From Macrostomum lignano (taxonomy: Eukaryota): a DNA stretch of 64,000 bases. The stretch covers positions 372,001 to 436,000 of the forward strand of contig NIVC01000362.1 in the NCBI GenBank assembly GCA_002269645.1, given 5' to 3'. The notes under the pieces were generated by a model, which was not told the DNA's origin, did not search any database, and was given only the letters and a program-made list of their open reading frames with translations. The position numbers and the translations under genes were made by a program. This document shows, in pieces, positions 1-11,390 of this stretch (its first letter is position 1; each line of letters starts with the position of its first letter).

Positions 1-1495
1 GAGCATGACAGCACAGCCCCATAAAAGTAGCCGTAGCAAGCGGATTTGGAGAATAAAATAAATATTTCCAAGGCGCGGTGGATTCATCAGGGAAGTCTTC
101 TCTCTCTCTCCCTGCCTCTGGGTTTAATTCCTTTCCTGAGCACGGCGGGATCAAGGAACTCTTAGAGACAGAATCTGGAATGCTAGCTCTCTACTTTCAA
201 TCAAAGGCAGCTGTGTAGTATAAACAGGACGTAAAGCTAAAAAACTGGTAATTTTTAGGAGGCCGATTTCCTGTAAAAAACACACTGCGGGAATAGGAAA
301 CAACATTTCTATCACAAAGTCAAATATTAAATTTGGTCTGGGACACGGAAGATTACCATTCCTTGAATTTACCATGCACAGCATGCTAATCTGTTGTATT
401 TTATATAGTTGTGCAGTGAAAGTTTCATTTTTATATTGTTGAATCATATTATTTCATAAGCCCAAGCCAAAGTTGTAAATACTCACAAATGAGTGTCATG
501 AGTAACATTTTATGTATGTTAAAGTACTAATCTTCACTGGCTCATATTGAATGCAATCATTGATTTTGTAATGAAAAAAATATTGTTCAGATGGAATTGT
601 TCAGAAAAGAATTGGCATTTCAGATTCTGGTTCTAGACTTCCTTGGCCCGGCCCGAGCCCGCGGGCTAATGGCGAGTGGATCGAGTTAAAATTCTGCAAA
701 GCCAAGGCCGGCATTGAGAAAGAATAGCTAGAGAATGAATGATGAATGCCCTGAAGGACGAGGTGGATGAAAAAATCCGTTAATTTGTTGCCAATGGCAA
801 CAGAGGCGGCTTGAGAAGGCATCTGTTTCGAGAATTTTTTATTTATTCCAGCTGTTTTTTGTTTCCCCGTTGTTATAGGAAATGTATAATTTTGTTTCTA
901 CAGGTCTTACAATTAATTCACCTGTCTCTGGACGGAGCGATGGGAACGTGAGGCTGGAGCAGCTGGGCGGGGCTCTTCAGGAATCCAGCGCATAAGTTAA
1001 ACGCCTCCAAGCAGAAGCCTGCCTCCCGCTGCCAAATATCCTAATTTGTCATTTTATCTTTAACAGACACTTGTAAACCCTTTTTTGCCACTCGGCACAT
1101 AAAGTGCTGACTGGGTTACAGTAGAGGTGCTCCAGGTGTCCAGGTGCCAGGTGTCGTGAACGAAAACTGCTGGCTTAGTAGGGCTGATCGTGCGATAAGG
1201 TACAACCACGCCCCCCCCCCCCATCCAGGCACAGATAACTGTACTTGGCTTGATGGTGAAAGTCAGGGCTGCTGCATGTACACCCAAGAACTACTCAAGT
1301 AGAAGGACGGTAAATGACGTTTCTTGGAAATTTAAGGAGGCAAGTTTTACGAAAAAATGCATTACGGAAATAGGTCTTCATTTTTCAGCACAAAAATTGT
1401 TATTGCCTTTAATAGAAGGGAGACCTCTGATAGTTTGTCTTTTGATATTAATAGCCTTTCTTATAGCTCTATTGATATTCAAAAGTATATTAAAA

Positions 1496-2253
1496 CGAGG
1501 GGTGTCCCAGAAGTAGTGTCACTTTTGCTTGCTTCCACAAGTATTAATGCGTGTTAAAAAATCATATGCCTTAAAAGTTAGCGGCTTATTTTAGCTTTCA
1601 TGCCACGAAAGTCCGAAGTGCTTCCTGCTGTAAGCAACATGCATTTGTTCGCATACCCTTGGCCATAGAAATACACACCGCATTGTGCTTCTATGCTCAC
1701 TCAGAAGAGCTGATCAAGCACAGAGTTGCAAGACAGCAGCTGCAAGATTTGTTCCACTCATGGATCCTAACTTTCACTCTACAGAAGGGCGGAGACACGC
1801 AATGTTTACACTTTGGAGTCTTGGTCAGAAATGCCCTGATATTCACGAAAACCTGACCCGCATTCACGGTCCCGATTCCATCAGTCGACGAACGGTTTAC
1901 AGGTGGATCGAACAGTTCGAGGCTGGCTGTAGATATCAAAGGCCAACCACCTTTGGGTAAGTTGGCAAAACATACTGCCGGCCAGCCTCGAGCTGCTGTC
2001 TTGCAACTCTGTGCTTGATCAGCTCTACTTGTGGCTTTCTTCTGAGTGAGCATAGAAGCACAATGCGGTGTGTATTTCTATGGCTAAGGGTATGCGAACA
2101 AATGCATGCTGCTTACAGCAGGAAGCACTTATAAAAATCGGACTTTCTCGAAAGCTAAAATAAGCCGCTAGCTTTTAAGGCATATGATTTTTTAACACGC
2201 ATTAATACTTTTGGAAGCAAGCAAAAGTGACACTACTTCTGGGACACCCCTCG
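1496..2253 (+). mobile_element. Internally deleted mariner (Tc1/mariner) element with ~250-bp TIRs
   Basis: Begins CGAGGGGTGTCCCAGAAGTAGTGTC and ends GACACTACTTCTGGGACACCCCTCG followed by TA (left flank AA). Interior encodes a mariner-type N-terminal HTH fragment RHAMFTLWSLGQKCPDIHENLTRIHGPDSISRRTVYRWIEQFEAG. No DD34D domain remains. Confidence 0.85.
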
Positions 2254-2272
2254 TAGCTATATATCAATAGTG

Positions 2273-2472
2273 TATCCTACGTACATTTACTGTACCTAGA
2301 AACCATAAAAATGGCACAACTGGACTCATTGATTTGTGAATCTATATTTTATCATTCTAGGAGTATTGCACATTTTGTTACACACAGTCATCAAGCTAAG
2401 CATAATGAAATAGATTCATAAACTAATGAGTCGAGCTGTGCCATTTTTCGGCCCAGTAAATGTACATAGGAT
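2273..2472. mobile_element. ~200-bp fold-back MITE-like element
   Basis: TATCCTACGTACATTTACTG...AAAAATGGCACAACTGGACTCATT at the left matches the reverse complement of AATGAGTCGAGCTGTGCCATTTTT...CAGTAAATGTACATAGGATA at the right. Confidence 0.6.
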
Positions 2473-3574
2473 ATAAGATCATAGAAATCCCAATTTACTA
2501 AACGAAGCTTTATGAATATCAATTAAATAGAGTTATAAGAAAGGCAAGACATATCAAAAAATGAACATTGGTTCTCCCTTCTATCAAAAGCAATAACAAT
2601 TTTGTGCTCAAAAAATGATCACCTCCTAACTCAGGGATTTTTTGGTAAAATTCCTTCCTGCAGCCTAAAATTTCCAAGAAACGTATAGTGTCGCGTCCTT
2701 TTACTTGAGTAACGTAGCATAAGCCATGTACGTCCTACCGCCTTGCTCAAAAGCACAAAAATTAATCTTAATTATTTCATAGCTCGTAATTTTAACAAAT
2801 CACATGCAAAACTTTCCCTTATTTTCGATCTCTATCAAAGCTTCTTCTCTAGTCCATCGTAGACAGACAGGCAACCCGACGCATTAGCAGACAGATTATC
2901 TTAGTTGCAAGTTGGACGAGGGTCTAATAAAAAAGTTCGGTTCCATCATCGGCAAATCCCAGAGTCATGGAACTTTGCCGACCCGCCCGGCCACCCGGGG
3001 AATTGGCGGACCTGCAGATTGCCAGCGGATTTGCAATCAACGCGGGACCCCGGCAGGCAGCGGATAATGCCAAAGCAGGTTTCCGCAAATAACTTTCTAT
3101 CCTGGCGCGTTGGAGATTGCAAGCGGGCGCGAGATTAGTTTTGCGATGAGGAGAACGAGGCCAGCTCTGCATGGATTTCGCGTCTGTCTCAGCAGTAGCT
3201 TCTCAAGTAGACTAGCCAGCCAGCTATATTCATGCAAAGGCGAAGCAAATTCGCCCCCAAAGTAAAAACTCGACGAATCGAACGAAAAATGGTCGGATGA
3301 AATAGCGAGTTTTGATTAATCTGCCAAGGTGTCTGCGTTTCACGATAAGGCTACTTTCAACTAATCACTTCGATCCCTTACTGACTATACCCAGGATGGA
3401 CTTATATCGAAGAACGCTGCGCTTTAAAATTTACTAACCATTTGCGTTTAGTCTCCCCTCGTCGGGACTTAAAGTTAACTTTTTATACTCAACCCTGTCA
3501 CGCGGCATTCAGTAGCGTGAGAGGGAGCTCAGGGGTGCGTAAGCCAGGATTTCTGATTGGGGGGGGGTCTCAGG

Positions 3575-3975
3575 GGGCCGCGCCAAGCCTGCTGAAAAGG
3601 AAGGCGCCCAGCCTGTTGGAAAGGGGGGGGCGCCAAGCCTGCTGGAAAGGGGGGGCGCCAAGCCTACTGGGGGCGCCAAGCCTGCTGGGGGGCGCCAAGC
3701 CTGCTGGAAAGGGGGGCGCCAAGCCTGCTGGGGGGCGCCAAGCCTGCTGGAAAGGGGGGGGGCGCCAAGCCTGCTGGAAAGGGGGGGGGCGCTAAGCCTG
3801 CTGGAAAGGGGGGCGCCAAGCCTGCTGGGGGCGCCAAGCCTGCTGGAAAGGGGGGGGCGCTAAGCCTGCTGGAAAGGGGGGGCGCCAAGCCTGCTGGGGG
3901 CGCCAAGCCTGCTGGAAAGGGGGGGGCGCCAAGCCTGCTGGGGGCGCCAAGCCTGCTGGCAAGGGGGCGCCAAGA
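3575..3975. repeat. GC-rich minisatellite, unit ~19-27 bp (GCGCCAAGCCTGCTGG[AAA]Gn)
   Basis: About 17 tandem copies. Flanks CAGGGGTGCGTAAGCCAGG (~3531) and CCCCTTGGCTACGACCTT (~4012) loosely resemble MITE termini. Confidence 0.85.
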
Positions 3976-5387
3976 TGCTTTCCAGCTGATTGAAGGGGGG
4001 GGGGGCGGCCCCCCTTGGCTACGACCTTACATGTAAAAGCCATGGACAACGCACCTCACCTGGAATCTGGACTTTCGAATTTCAAATCAAGTGCACACTA
4101 ACAAGTTAGCCGAAATAAAGTTCGCAAAAATAATTGCTGGAGAGCGGCAATAGTCAAAATGCAGCACTGAACTGGGGTTTGACATATTCAGTGCAAAGAA
4201 ATCCGCTCTAGAAAAAATACAACTCAAATTATGCCTATATAGTTCCCGGTCTCCGGTACTCGTAGCATTTCACTAACAAAGAGAAGTCCAGAAGGCGATC
4301 CCATTGGAAAGGGAATTAAGTGCTATAAACTGAAAGCTTCCTATTCGCTAATGGATTAAGCATTTTGTAGCGAAAACCGGGATCTAGCAAACTTTGCCCA
4401 GCTTGCGATTGTAGCATCCTTTTATTTTAGTTGTTCATGGTAAGAGTATGCAAGAGTGCAGCCACTTGTGTTGGCATCAGAGGCGTAGCCATTTAGGATC
4501 TTTTTATTCATTAGGCCTGTCTTTGGAGGGACGCCTTGTGCCCAACTCTGGCTAACCATCCTGATCACCAAATGACATTGCTCAACTTTAACTACTTGCT
4601 TAGCAAACCCCTCAGACAGGTAAGAAGTGCAAGACACCTAATAGACAGCTATGGCGAATCACTTTGCATTCTTCTTCATATTAGTTGTTTGCAGCACACC
4701 CCATACGGAACTATCACTGAGGTGTGCTGCAGCTATCCAAACGCACGCCAGCTTTTTTATCTATAAAACGACATGAAATGCGAATTGTTAATTGCCCCTC
4801 TCCAGATACTGAGAAGCTGAGTAGAAAGTGGAAAAAAGCTTCATGAATGCAGATACACGCGTCGACAGCGTCATGTTTCAATGGGCTGCTTCGTGCCAAT
4901 AGGCGCACGAAGTACATTTATACCAGTAGACAATAGAAATTAAAGACGCTAACGGAAGCAAGCATTGTTGAGAACAATGGTATTTGTTTTTACTGGCGAA
5001 CGCAATCCGCTGCAAAGTTGCTGGCGATTGCTGCTGACCAATTATTTTAATGCGATTCTAAATCTGCTGCGATTGCTCTGCTGCTGATAGTAGTAGCGTG
5101 TGTTAAAACTGCTGCGGGCTGGGTCTAAGGCGCGCAGTCGGCATTTGCAATAATAATCTTGCGGACACAAGTTGCAGTAGTCTACTGTATAAGATTGAAA
5201 AGGGCTGGTAAAACAACAGTAAGGTTTGAGGAGTGCAGGCCCGGTGCGTTAGTTTTATTGTCCAGGTATTATCATATTAAAAGCGCGCGCGCGGCAATCG
5301 AAACAGTTCTTTAACATCTTTTAAACAAAGGTCAATTAGGTCGATTTTTATCCGGCGCATTACTGCTGGCGCGCTCGCTTGTTCAGC

Positions 5388-5873
5388 TTAAGATCGCTTG
5401 AACCGGTCGGACTCTTCGCTGTAGAACTTCTTGAATCGGTCTCCACCGTCGAAGAACTTCTTGAATCGGTCCCCGCCGTTGAGGAACTTCTTGAAGCGAT
5501 CTCCGCCAGAAAAGAACTTCTTGAAACGATCTCCGCCAGAAAAGAACTTCTTGAAGCGATCTCCGCCGGAAAAGAACTTCTTGAAGCGGTCGCCGCCAGA
5601 AAAGAACTTTTTAAAACGCTCGGCGTCGCCTCCATAGAAGCGTTTAAAACGATCGGAATTGATGTAGAAACGTTTGAACCGATCAGAGTCGTGGTAGAAT
5701 CGCTTGAAGCGGTCGGAGTCGTGGTAAAACCGCTTAGCCTTGAGCTGGGCAGCGCTTGCTTCAACCTGACGATCGCTGCCAGTCTCCTCGGCCGAACAGA
5801 ATCCAGCAGCCGCCACCAGAAGGAACAGGACGGCAGATGCGACAGCAACAGCCGGCTTTGTCCGAGTCGTCAT
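5388..5873 (-). CDS. Secreted neuropeptide precursor, 161 aa, 11 peptides
   Basis: N-terminal signal peptide (AVAVASAVLFLLVAAAGFCSA), then KR/KK-flanked repeats: FYHDSDRF x2, FYINSDRF, FYGGDAERF, FFSGGDRF x4, FLNGGDRF, FFDGGDRF, FYSEESDRF. Branch/acceptor-like CTAACAG lies just upstream of the ATG. Confidence 0.9.
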   Translation of the reverse strand: MTTRTKPAVAVASAVLFLLVAAAGFCSAEETGSDRQVEASAAQLKAKRFYHDSDRFKRFYHDSDRFKRFYINSDRFKRFYGGDAERFKKFFSGGDRFKKFFSGGDRFKKFFSGGDRFKKFFSGGDRFKKFLNGGDRFKKFFDGGDRFKKFYSEESDRFKRS

Positions 5874-6287
5874 GGCAACTAGTTTACCTCTGTTAGTTGA
5901 CTTTTCAAAACACTTGCTTCAAGTCGCGCAGCCGCTCGGTTAGAAAGAACGATTCCAACTCCAAGCTACAGGAATGGCAGTGAGCAGACGGGCTGTTTGG
6001 AACCCGAGCCAAAATAAGTAAGAGAAGCTGGGCCGGAACCAACCCGCGACGGGTTGATGACGAACCGGCTGCAGCCAATGACGGCTAAGCAGGCGCAGAA
6101 TTGGCAGGCTGGTGGGGGAAGATGAAGGAGAAATCTCCCTCCATAGCCCAATATGGCCAAACCGGAATGTTGTTGCCACCCACACGGCTGTACAACAGCG
6201 ATTCAATTAGCTGTTGAGAGAGGGAGAGTTTACAAAATGCTGTATGCAGGACATATACGAGCTATTTGCCGAGCTGTTGGGGCGGAG

Positions 6288-6630
6288 GGGGCCGTAGCCC
6301 AGCGGTCCAGCGCGACGCTCTGAGGTGCCAGCGGCCCAGGCTCGATTCCAAGTGCAGTCACATTGATTTGGAGCTAAATTGGAATCTCGGCTTGGCTCTG
6401 CTCGTGCAATTAACGGCCTTGAGGGCCAACCCCCAAGGCGCAGTGAAGTGTACATGCCTAACGATAAATAAAGTCAGGGCCGCTGTACACTCCTGTGTGA
6501 GTGTGAGCCTGTGCGTATGACTGCGTACGTATCCGCGCGTTTGTGTGCCTGCTCAGGGGAGTCGGCGGAATTGGCAGCAATGCCTCTCGCCGGTTGTGTG
6601 ACAATGCCGCTTAAAGTGCGCCAGGGTGCA
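6288..6630 (+). mobile_element. tRNA-derived SINE, family A, copy 1
   Basis: A box TAGCCCAGCGG (6295) and B box GGCTCGATTCC (6339) at tRNA spacing (44 nt), no closing acceptor stem. The ~280-bp body is repeated at 25354-25665. Confidence 0.7.
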
Positions 6631-7452
6631 CGCAGCCACCCTGCCGCTAACTAATCTAACAAAAAATAAAGATCGTGAAAAATTCAGAGTTATAGAGTAC
6701 CTAATAACTACCTGTATCTACCTACTTTGTTTAATCAAGGATTTGCATTGTGAAATTTAGGGCTTTGTGTGAAGCCAGTCTTGTCGCATTGAAGCTTTGA
6801 AAGCAATTAGTAAAGTCTCAGTTTCAGTGTTTAATAAATTAAACAAAAACTGAAGCTAAATTGATTTCAATAATTGCAAGAAAAAACCGTAGCAAAGATG
6901 GAATTGGATTGAGAATTAATTGTTTTTATTTCAGATTGAACGCCTACGTTGTATGTTTTGTGCTCAAAAAGATGGTCTTTTACTGCTGAAGAAGTTTGTG
7001 AGCCTGGTCATATTTTATAGATATATATTTTTAGTATATGGGAATTGGCCAATTTATCATAGATAGATCAGAATAACAGACGATTGAATGCGGGAGAAAA
7101 AAGCTCCGCAATGGAGTATGTAGAAAACCGTAGTAAATAGAAGTTCAGATGGCGCATTAGCTGCTGTCATCCTTTCACTGGGCAGCTTGTGACAGACAGT
7201 CGCACACAGAAATGCGTATAACTGGAGTAAGCATAAATATTAGTAGACTTAATAATGCGTATTTAGTACAGTGTATTTTGAAATATTTTACTCATTTGCT
7301 TGTACCTGGATAGTAAGTTAAATTGGTATGGTTGCTAAAATAAACGCGAACTAATATTATTAGCATTAAGACATTTACTGTGTGGCATTAATTATTATTA
7401 TTCCAGTTGTTTATAAAATAAGTCAAGCTGAGTTATCAGTCCTGTCCGACTT

Positions 7453-10400
7453 TCACGCCTCCGTGGGGGCCGGCTTGTCGCCGCCTTCGCCGTTGTCCGC
7501 AACAGCCGCGGCGGCTGGCTTTGATGCTGATTTCTGAATAATACAAATAATTACACGAGTCAGAGGTGAGAAAATGATTAGGGGTGCACCCGTTAGATAA
7601 AGACCGACTATTACCTAACTGATAAAGAGGCCATTGCCAGACTATTAACTGACTGATAAAGAGGCCAATGGTAATTAAGGGTGTGGCGACCCCCCAGTCC
7701 TTGGACTGAACAGCCGTAACGCAGCCTTCAGATGCGCCGCGCAATAGCTGCGGCTGAGCTGTCGGTTGCACATCTGCCCATTAGGGCAGGTGTAATCAAT
7801 TATTTTATTATAATTATTATGATTATGATTATTGTTATTATGAGCAAAACAGTTATTTATATTGTTTATTCACTTAATTCACTTAGAGGCCATATAGAAC
7901 TAAGCAAATTAGTGCTTTAATAAAGCACCGCCATAATTATTCAGATCAATGATGGCCGATTATAAATGGCTAACGAAATGGGAGGGGCCTTCGACTCATC
8001 ACAATTGCCATAATTGGGAGAAAGACAGGCATTCAGTCTTTGCTCTCATATTATTAAATTTATTTTGGATGAAAGCGTGCAGTTCACCTGCAGTGCCTTA
8101 GCTACCAATGCCTCCGCTAAAATTACCCATCAAATTAGTCACGCAATCCAAGCTGATCTATCTAGTTATTTATCGAGATATACATAAAACAGAGAATAAC
8201 TATTTTCCTATAGAAAAGGAGAATCATTCTATCCCTAGAGAAATAGAGTATAATTATACTCCTATAGAAATAGACAAACATCCTATCCCTATAGAAATAA
8301 AAAATAATTCTAGAGAAATAGAGAGCCAGACTATCCCTATATAAATAGAGATCGCTGATATTATATAAAATCGCTGATATAATATTCCAGTCTATTCCCA
8401 GAGAAATAGAGAGCCAGTCTATCCCTATAGAAATAGAGAGCCAGTCTATTCCTTTAGAAATAGAGAATCATTATACTCATAGAGAAATTGAGAGTCATTC
8501 TATTACTAGAGAAATAGAGAGCCATTCTATCCCTATAGAAATAGAGAGCCAGTCTATCCCTATAGAAATAGAGAGCCAGTCTATTCCTTTAGAAATAGAG
8601 AATCATTATACTCATAGAGAAATTGAGAATCATTCTATTACTAGAGAAATAGAGAGCCATTCTATCCCTATAGAAATAGAGAGCCATTCTATCCCTATAG
8701 AAATAGAGAGCCAGTCTATCCCTATAGAAATAGAGAGCCAGTCTATCCCTATAGAAATAGAGAGCCAGTCTATCCCTATAGAAATAGAGAGCCAGTCTAT
8801 CCCTATAGAAATAGAGAGCCAGTCTATCCCTATAGAAATAGAGAGCCAGTCTATCCCTATAGAAATAGAGAGCCAGTCTATCCCTATAGAAATAGAGAGC
8901 CAGTCTATCCCTATAGAAATAGAGAGCCAGTCTATCCCTATAGAAATAGAGAGCCAGTCTATCCCTATAGAAATAGAGAGCCAGTCTATCCCTATAGAAA
9001 TAGAGAGCCAGTCTATCCCTATAGAAATAGAGAGCCAGTCTATCCCTATAGAAATAGAGAGCCAGTCTATCCCTATAGAAATAGAGAGCCAGTCTATCCC
9101 TATAGAAATAGAGAGCCAGTCTATCCCTATAGAAATAGAGAGCCAGTCTATCCCTATAGAAATAGAGAGCCAGTCTATCCCTATAGAAATAGAGAGCCAG
9201 TCTATCCCTATAGAAATAGAGAGCCAGTCTATCCCTATAGAAATAGAGAGCCAGTCTATCCCTATAGAAATAGAGAGCCAGTCTATCCCTATAGAAATAG
9301 AGAGCCAGTCTATCCCTATAGAAATAGAGAGCCATTCTATCCCTATAGAAATAGAGAGCCAGTCTATCCCTATAGAAATAGAGAGCCAGTCTATCCCTAT
9401 AGAAATAGAGAGCCAGTCTATCCCTATAGAAATAGAGAGCCAGTCTATCCCTATAGAAATAGAGAGCCAGTCTATCCCTATAGAAATAGAGAGCCAGTCT
9501 ATCCCTATAGAAATAGAGAGCCAGTCTATCCCTATAGAAATAGAGAGCCAGTCTATCCCTATAGAAATAGAGAGCCAGTCTATCCCTATAGAAATAGAGA
9601 GCCAGTCTATCCCTATAGAAATAGAGAGCCAGTCTATCCCTAGACCCGCAATCAATCAATCAAGCTGCAACTCACCTGGGCGGCACTGTCGTGCTGAGCA
9701 AACTTGTCAAACATGCCATAGAAAGTCTTCTTCTGCCTATTCTTCTCCTCAATAATGCGCTGCTTGGCCAAAGCGATCTGCTGGGCAGCCGCCTGATTTC
9801 CCGGCTCGAGCTGGGCGACCTTCTCGAAATCCTCCCTGGCCTCATCATAGTCGTGAGTTGCCATGCGAGCCTGGCCACGCCGGAAGTAAGCCTTGGCGGC
9901 GTCAGCATTCAGTTTAATGGCTTCGTCGGCTTCCTCAATGCACTGACGATGATCGCCGAGTTTGAAGTGCACCAGACTCAAGTTGAGCCTGGCCGCCAGA
10001 AGCAGAGCGACCCGCTGCTGGCGCAACTCTTCCGGCTTGTCCTCGAAGCCGCTGTCCCATTTGAGAAAGTCGACAACGCGATTATAATAAGTCAGAGCTG
10101 GGCGCATTTTCGACTTTTTAAAATACTCTGTGCCCTTAGCTTTGAGCAGTTCGGCCTGGGCAACTTTTTCTTCTTCGTTGAGCTCCCAGCTTTCCTTCAT
10201 CTTTTCAAAATCAGTGAGCTCCAACTCGTAGACAACGGCAGCGTTGGCTGGCACATTCTGTGCCTGAGCATAGGTCTCAGACACGCTGAAACTCGCCTTC
10301 TCGCCTTTAGTCATGCTTCTCACAGCAAAATCAACGCCCTGCGGCAGTCCAGCCTCGTCGGCTAAACCAACTTCGAAGCTGACTCCCGTCCGAGAATCGA

Positions 10401-10932
10401 ACTCGCGACCTTCGTGCTTGCCAACCAAATTGACGGTGACCATTGCACCTATGCCAGGCTTCTGGTAGCCTTCGCCCTTGCGCAACCAGTGCTTAATAAC
10501 GCCTTTATCCTTGGCCTCGCTAACATCTTCGCCTTCCCAGCGAATCAGTTCGATGTTGAATTTCAACGCCGCATTAGGCGGAATCTTCGCCCCGCTGCCC
10601 GACTTGCCGTAGGCGTAGTCAGACCTCAGCACAATGTCGCACACCTCGCCTTGGCGCATTGTTTTCACGGCCTCGTCCCAGCCTTTGATGACCTGACCGG
10701 CGCCCAGCTTGAAGCTGAACGGCTCGTTGCGATCCCTGGACGAGTCGAATTTCTCGCCGTCCCGATCGCCGCCAAACAGAGTGCCGGTGTAGTGCACAAA
10801 CACGCTGTCCTCAACTGACGGCGTGACCTCGCCGACGCCTTCGGTCAGCACTTTTTTATAGACGCCGCCGTCGCCGCTGATATCGGCGAAGCCCTCGGGC
10901 GGAGTGAAATCATTATCGGCCGAGTCGGACAT
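7453..10932 (-). CDS. FKBP4: FKBP4/FKBP52-type TPR immunophilin, ~445 aa; join(10932..9676, 7533..7453)
   Basis: Two FKBP domains (VFVHYTGTL...KFDSSRDRNEPFSFKLGAGQVIKGWD; DKGVIKHWLRKGEG) plus three TPRs (KAKGTEYFK, LNLSLVHFKL, KAYFRRGQA). Donor CAG|GTGAGT at 9676/9675. Phase-0 terminal exon KSASKPAAAAVADNGEGGDKPAPTEA* ends in TEA like vertebrate FKBP4. FKBP4 versus FKBP5 orthology not tested. Confidence 0.88.
7680..7845 (+). mobile_element. 3' fragment of SINE family B with ATT-rich tail
   Basis: GTGTGGCGACCCCC...CAGATGCGCCGCGCAAT...GCACATCTGCC..TTAGGGCAGG followed by an (ATT)-rich tail. Matches the reverse complement of 39545-39660. Confidence 0.75.
8300..9643. repeat. 27-bp minisatellite (AGAAATAGAGAGCCAGTCTATCCCTAT) in the FKBP4 intron
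   Basis: About 40 near-identical copies, ending ~30 bp from the splice donor. Explains the spurious RDRLALYFY / GIDWLSISI ORFs. Confidence 0.97.
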
Positions 10933-11104
10933 CTTGGAAGAAAATTCTTTCAGGTTTATAAAAGTATTGGTTAGTTCTTGAGAAGATATAAGCGCATGCA
11001 TGGTTTTGAAATATGAGCATTGAATACTGATAGACTCAATACAATATATAATGTATATGTACCATAGACAGCTGGATTCATTTTTAGATCCAGATGCCAA
11101 ATAT

Positions 11105-11390
11105 CCTAGGTTCGATTTCTAAAATTGAAGGTCCCAGGTTCGATTTCTAAAATTGAAGGTCCTAGGTTCGATTTCTAAAATTGAAGGTCCTAGGTTCGAT
11201 TTCTAAAATTGAAGGTCCTAGGTTTGATTTCTAAAATCGAAGGTCCTAGGTTCGATTTCTGGAATCGAAGGTCCTAGGTTCGATTTCTAGAATTAAAGGT
11301 CCCGGGTTCGATCTCTAGCACGAAGGTCCTACGTTAGATCTCTATTATTGAAGGTCCTAGGTTCGATCCCTAGTATCGAAAATCATAGGT
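11105..11390. repeat. 28-bp minisatellite (CCTAGGTTCGATTTCTAAAATTGAAGGT)
   Basis: About 10 tandem copies immediately 5' of FKBP4. Confidence 0.92.

Larger units (their letters stand above)
1290..2720. mobile_element. Old, diverged long inverted-repeat pair (about 1290-1490 / 2510-2720), probable non-autonomous DNA transposon enclosing younger fold-back elements
   Basis: Reverse complement of 2510-2720 aligns by eye with 1290-1490 (shared blocks ACTCAAGTA, ACGTTTCTTGGAAATTT, AAAATTGTTATTGC, ATAGAAGGGAGA, GCCTTTCTTATA). Termini not resolved. Confidence 0.5.

Noticed and set aside
590-995. Exon-like + strand segments (DGIVQKRIG...; GLTINSPVSG...SSA*)
   Set aside because: Acceptors look plausible but the first segment has in-frame stops and I recognise no homology.
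5388-5873. Calling the peptides RFamides/FMRFamide-like
   Set aside because: No Gly follows RF in any of the 11 copies, so amidation is not predicted.
5379-5882. Overlapping + strand ORFs (167 aa, 68 aa) and the alternative-frame minus ORF 5360..5848
   Set aside because: Antisense or alternative-frame shadows of the repetitive neuropeptide ORF.
6288-6360. Functional tRNA gene (also 39765-39838)
   Set aside because: A/B boxes are present but there is no acceptor-stem closure, and the heads continue into dispersed-repeat bodies, so SINEs are the better call.
8589-9659. Long ORFs of RDRLALYFY / GIDWLSISI repeats
   Set aside because: Translation of a 27-bp intronic minisatellite that happens to lack stops.
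10933-11100. 56-aa N-terminal extension of the FKBP4 ORF
   Set aside because: AT-rich and non-homologous. A pyrimidine-rich acceptor (TTTTCTTCCAAG) sits directly before the Met at 10932.
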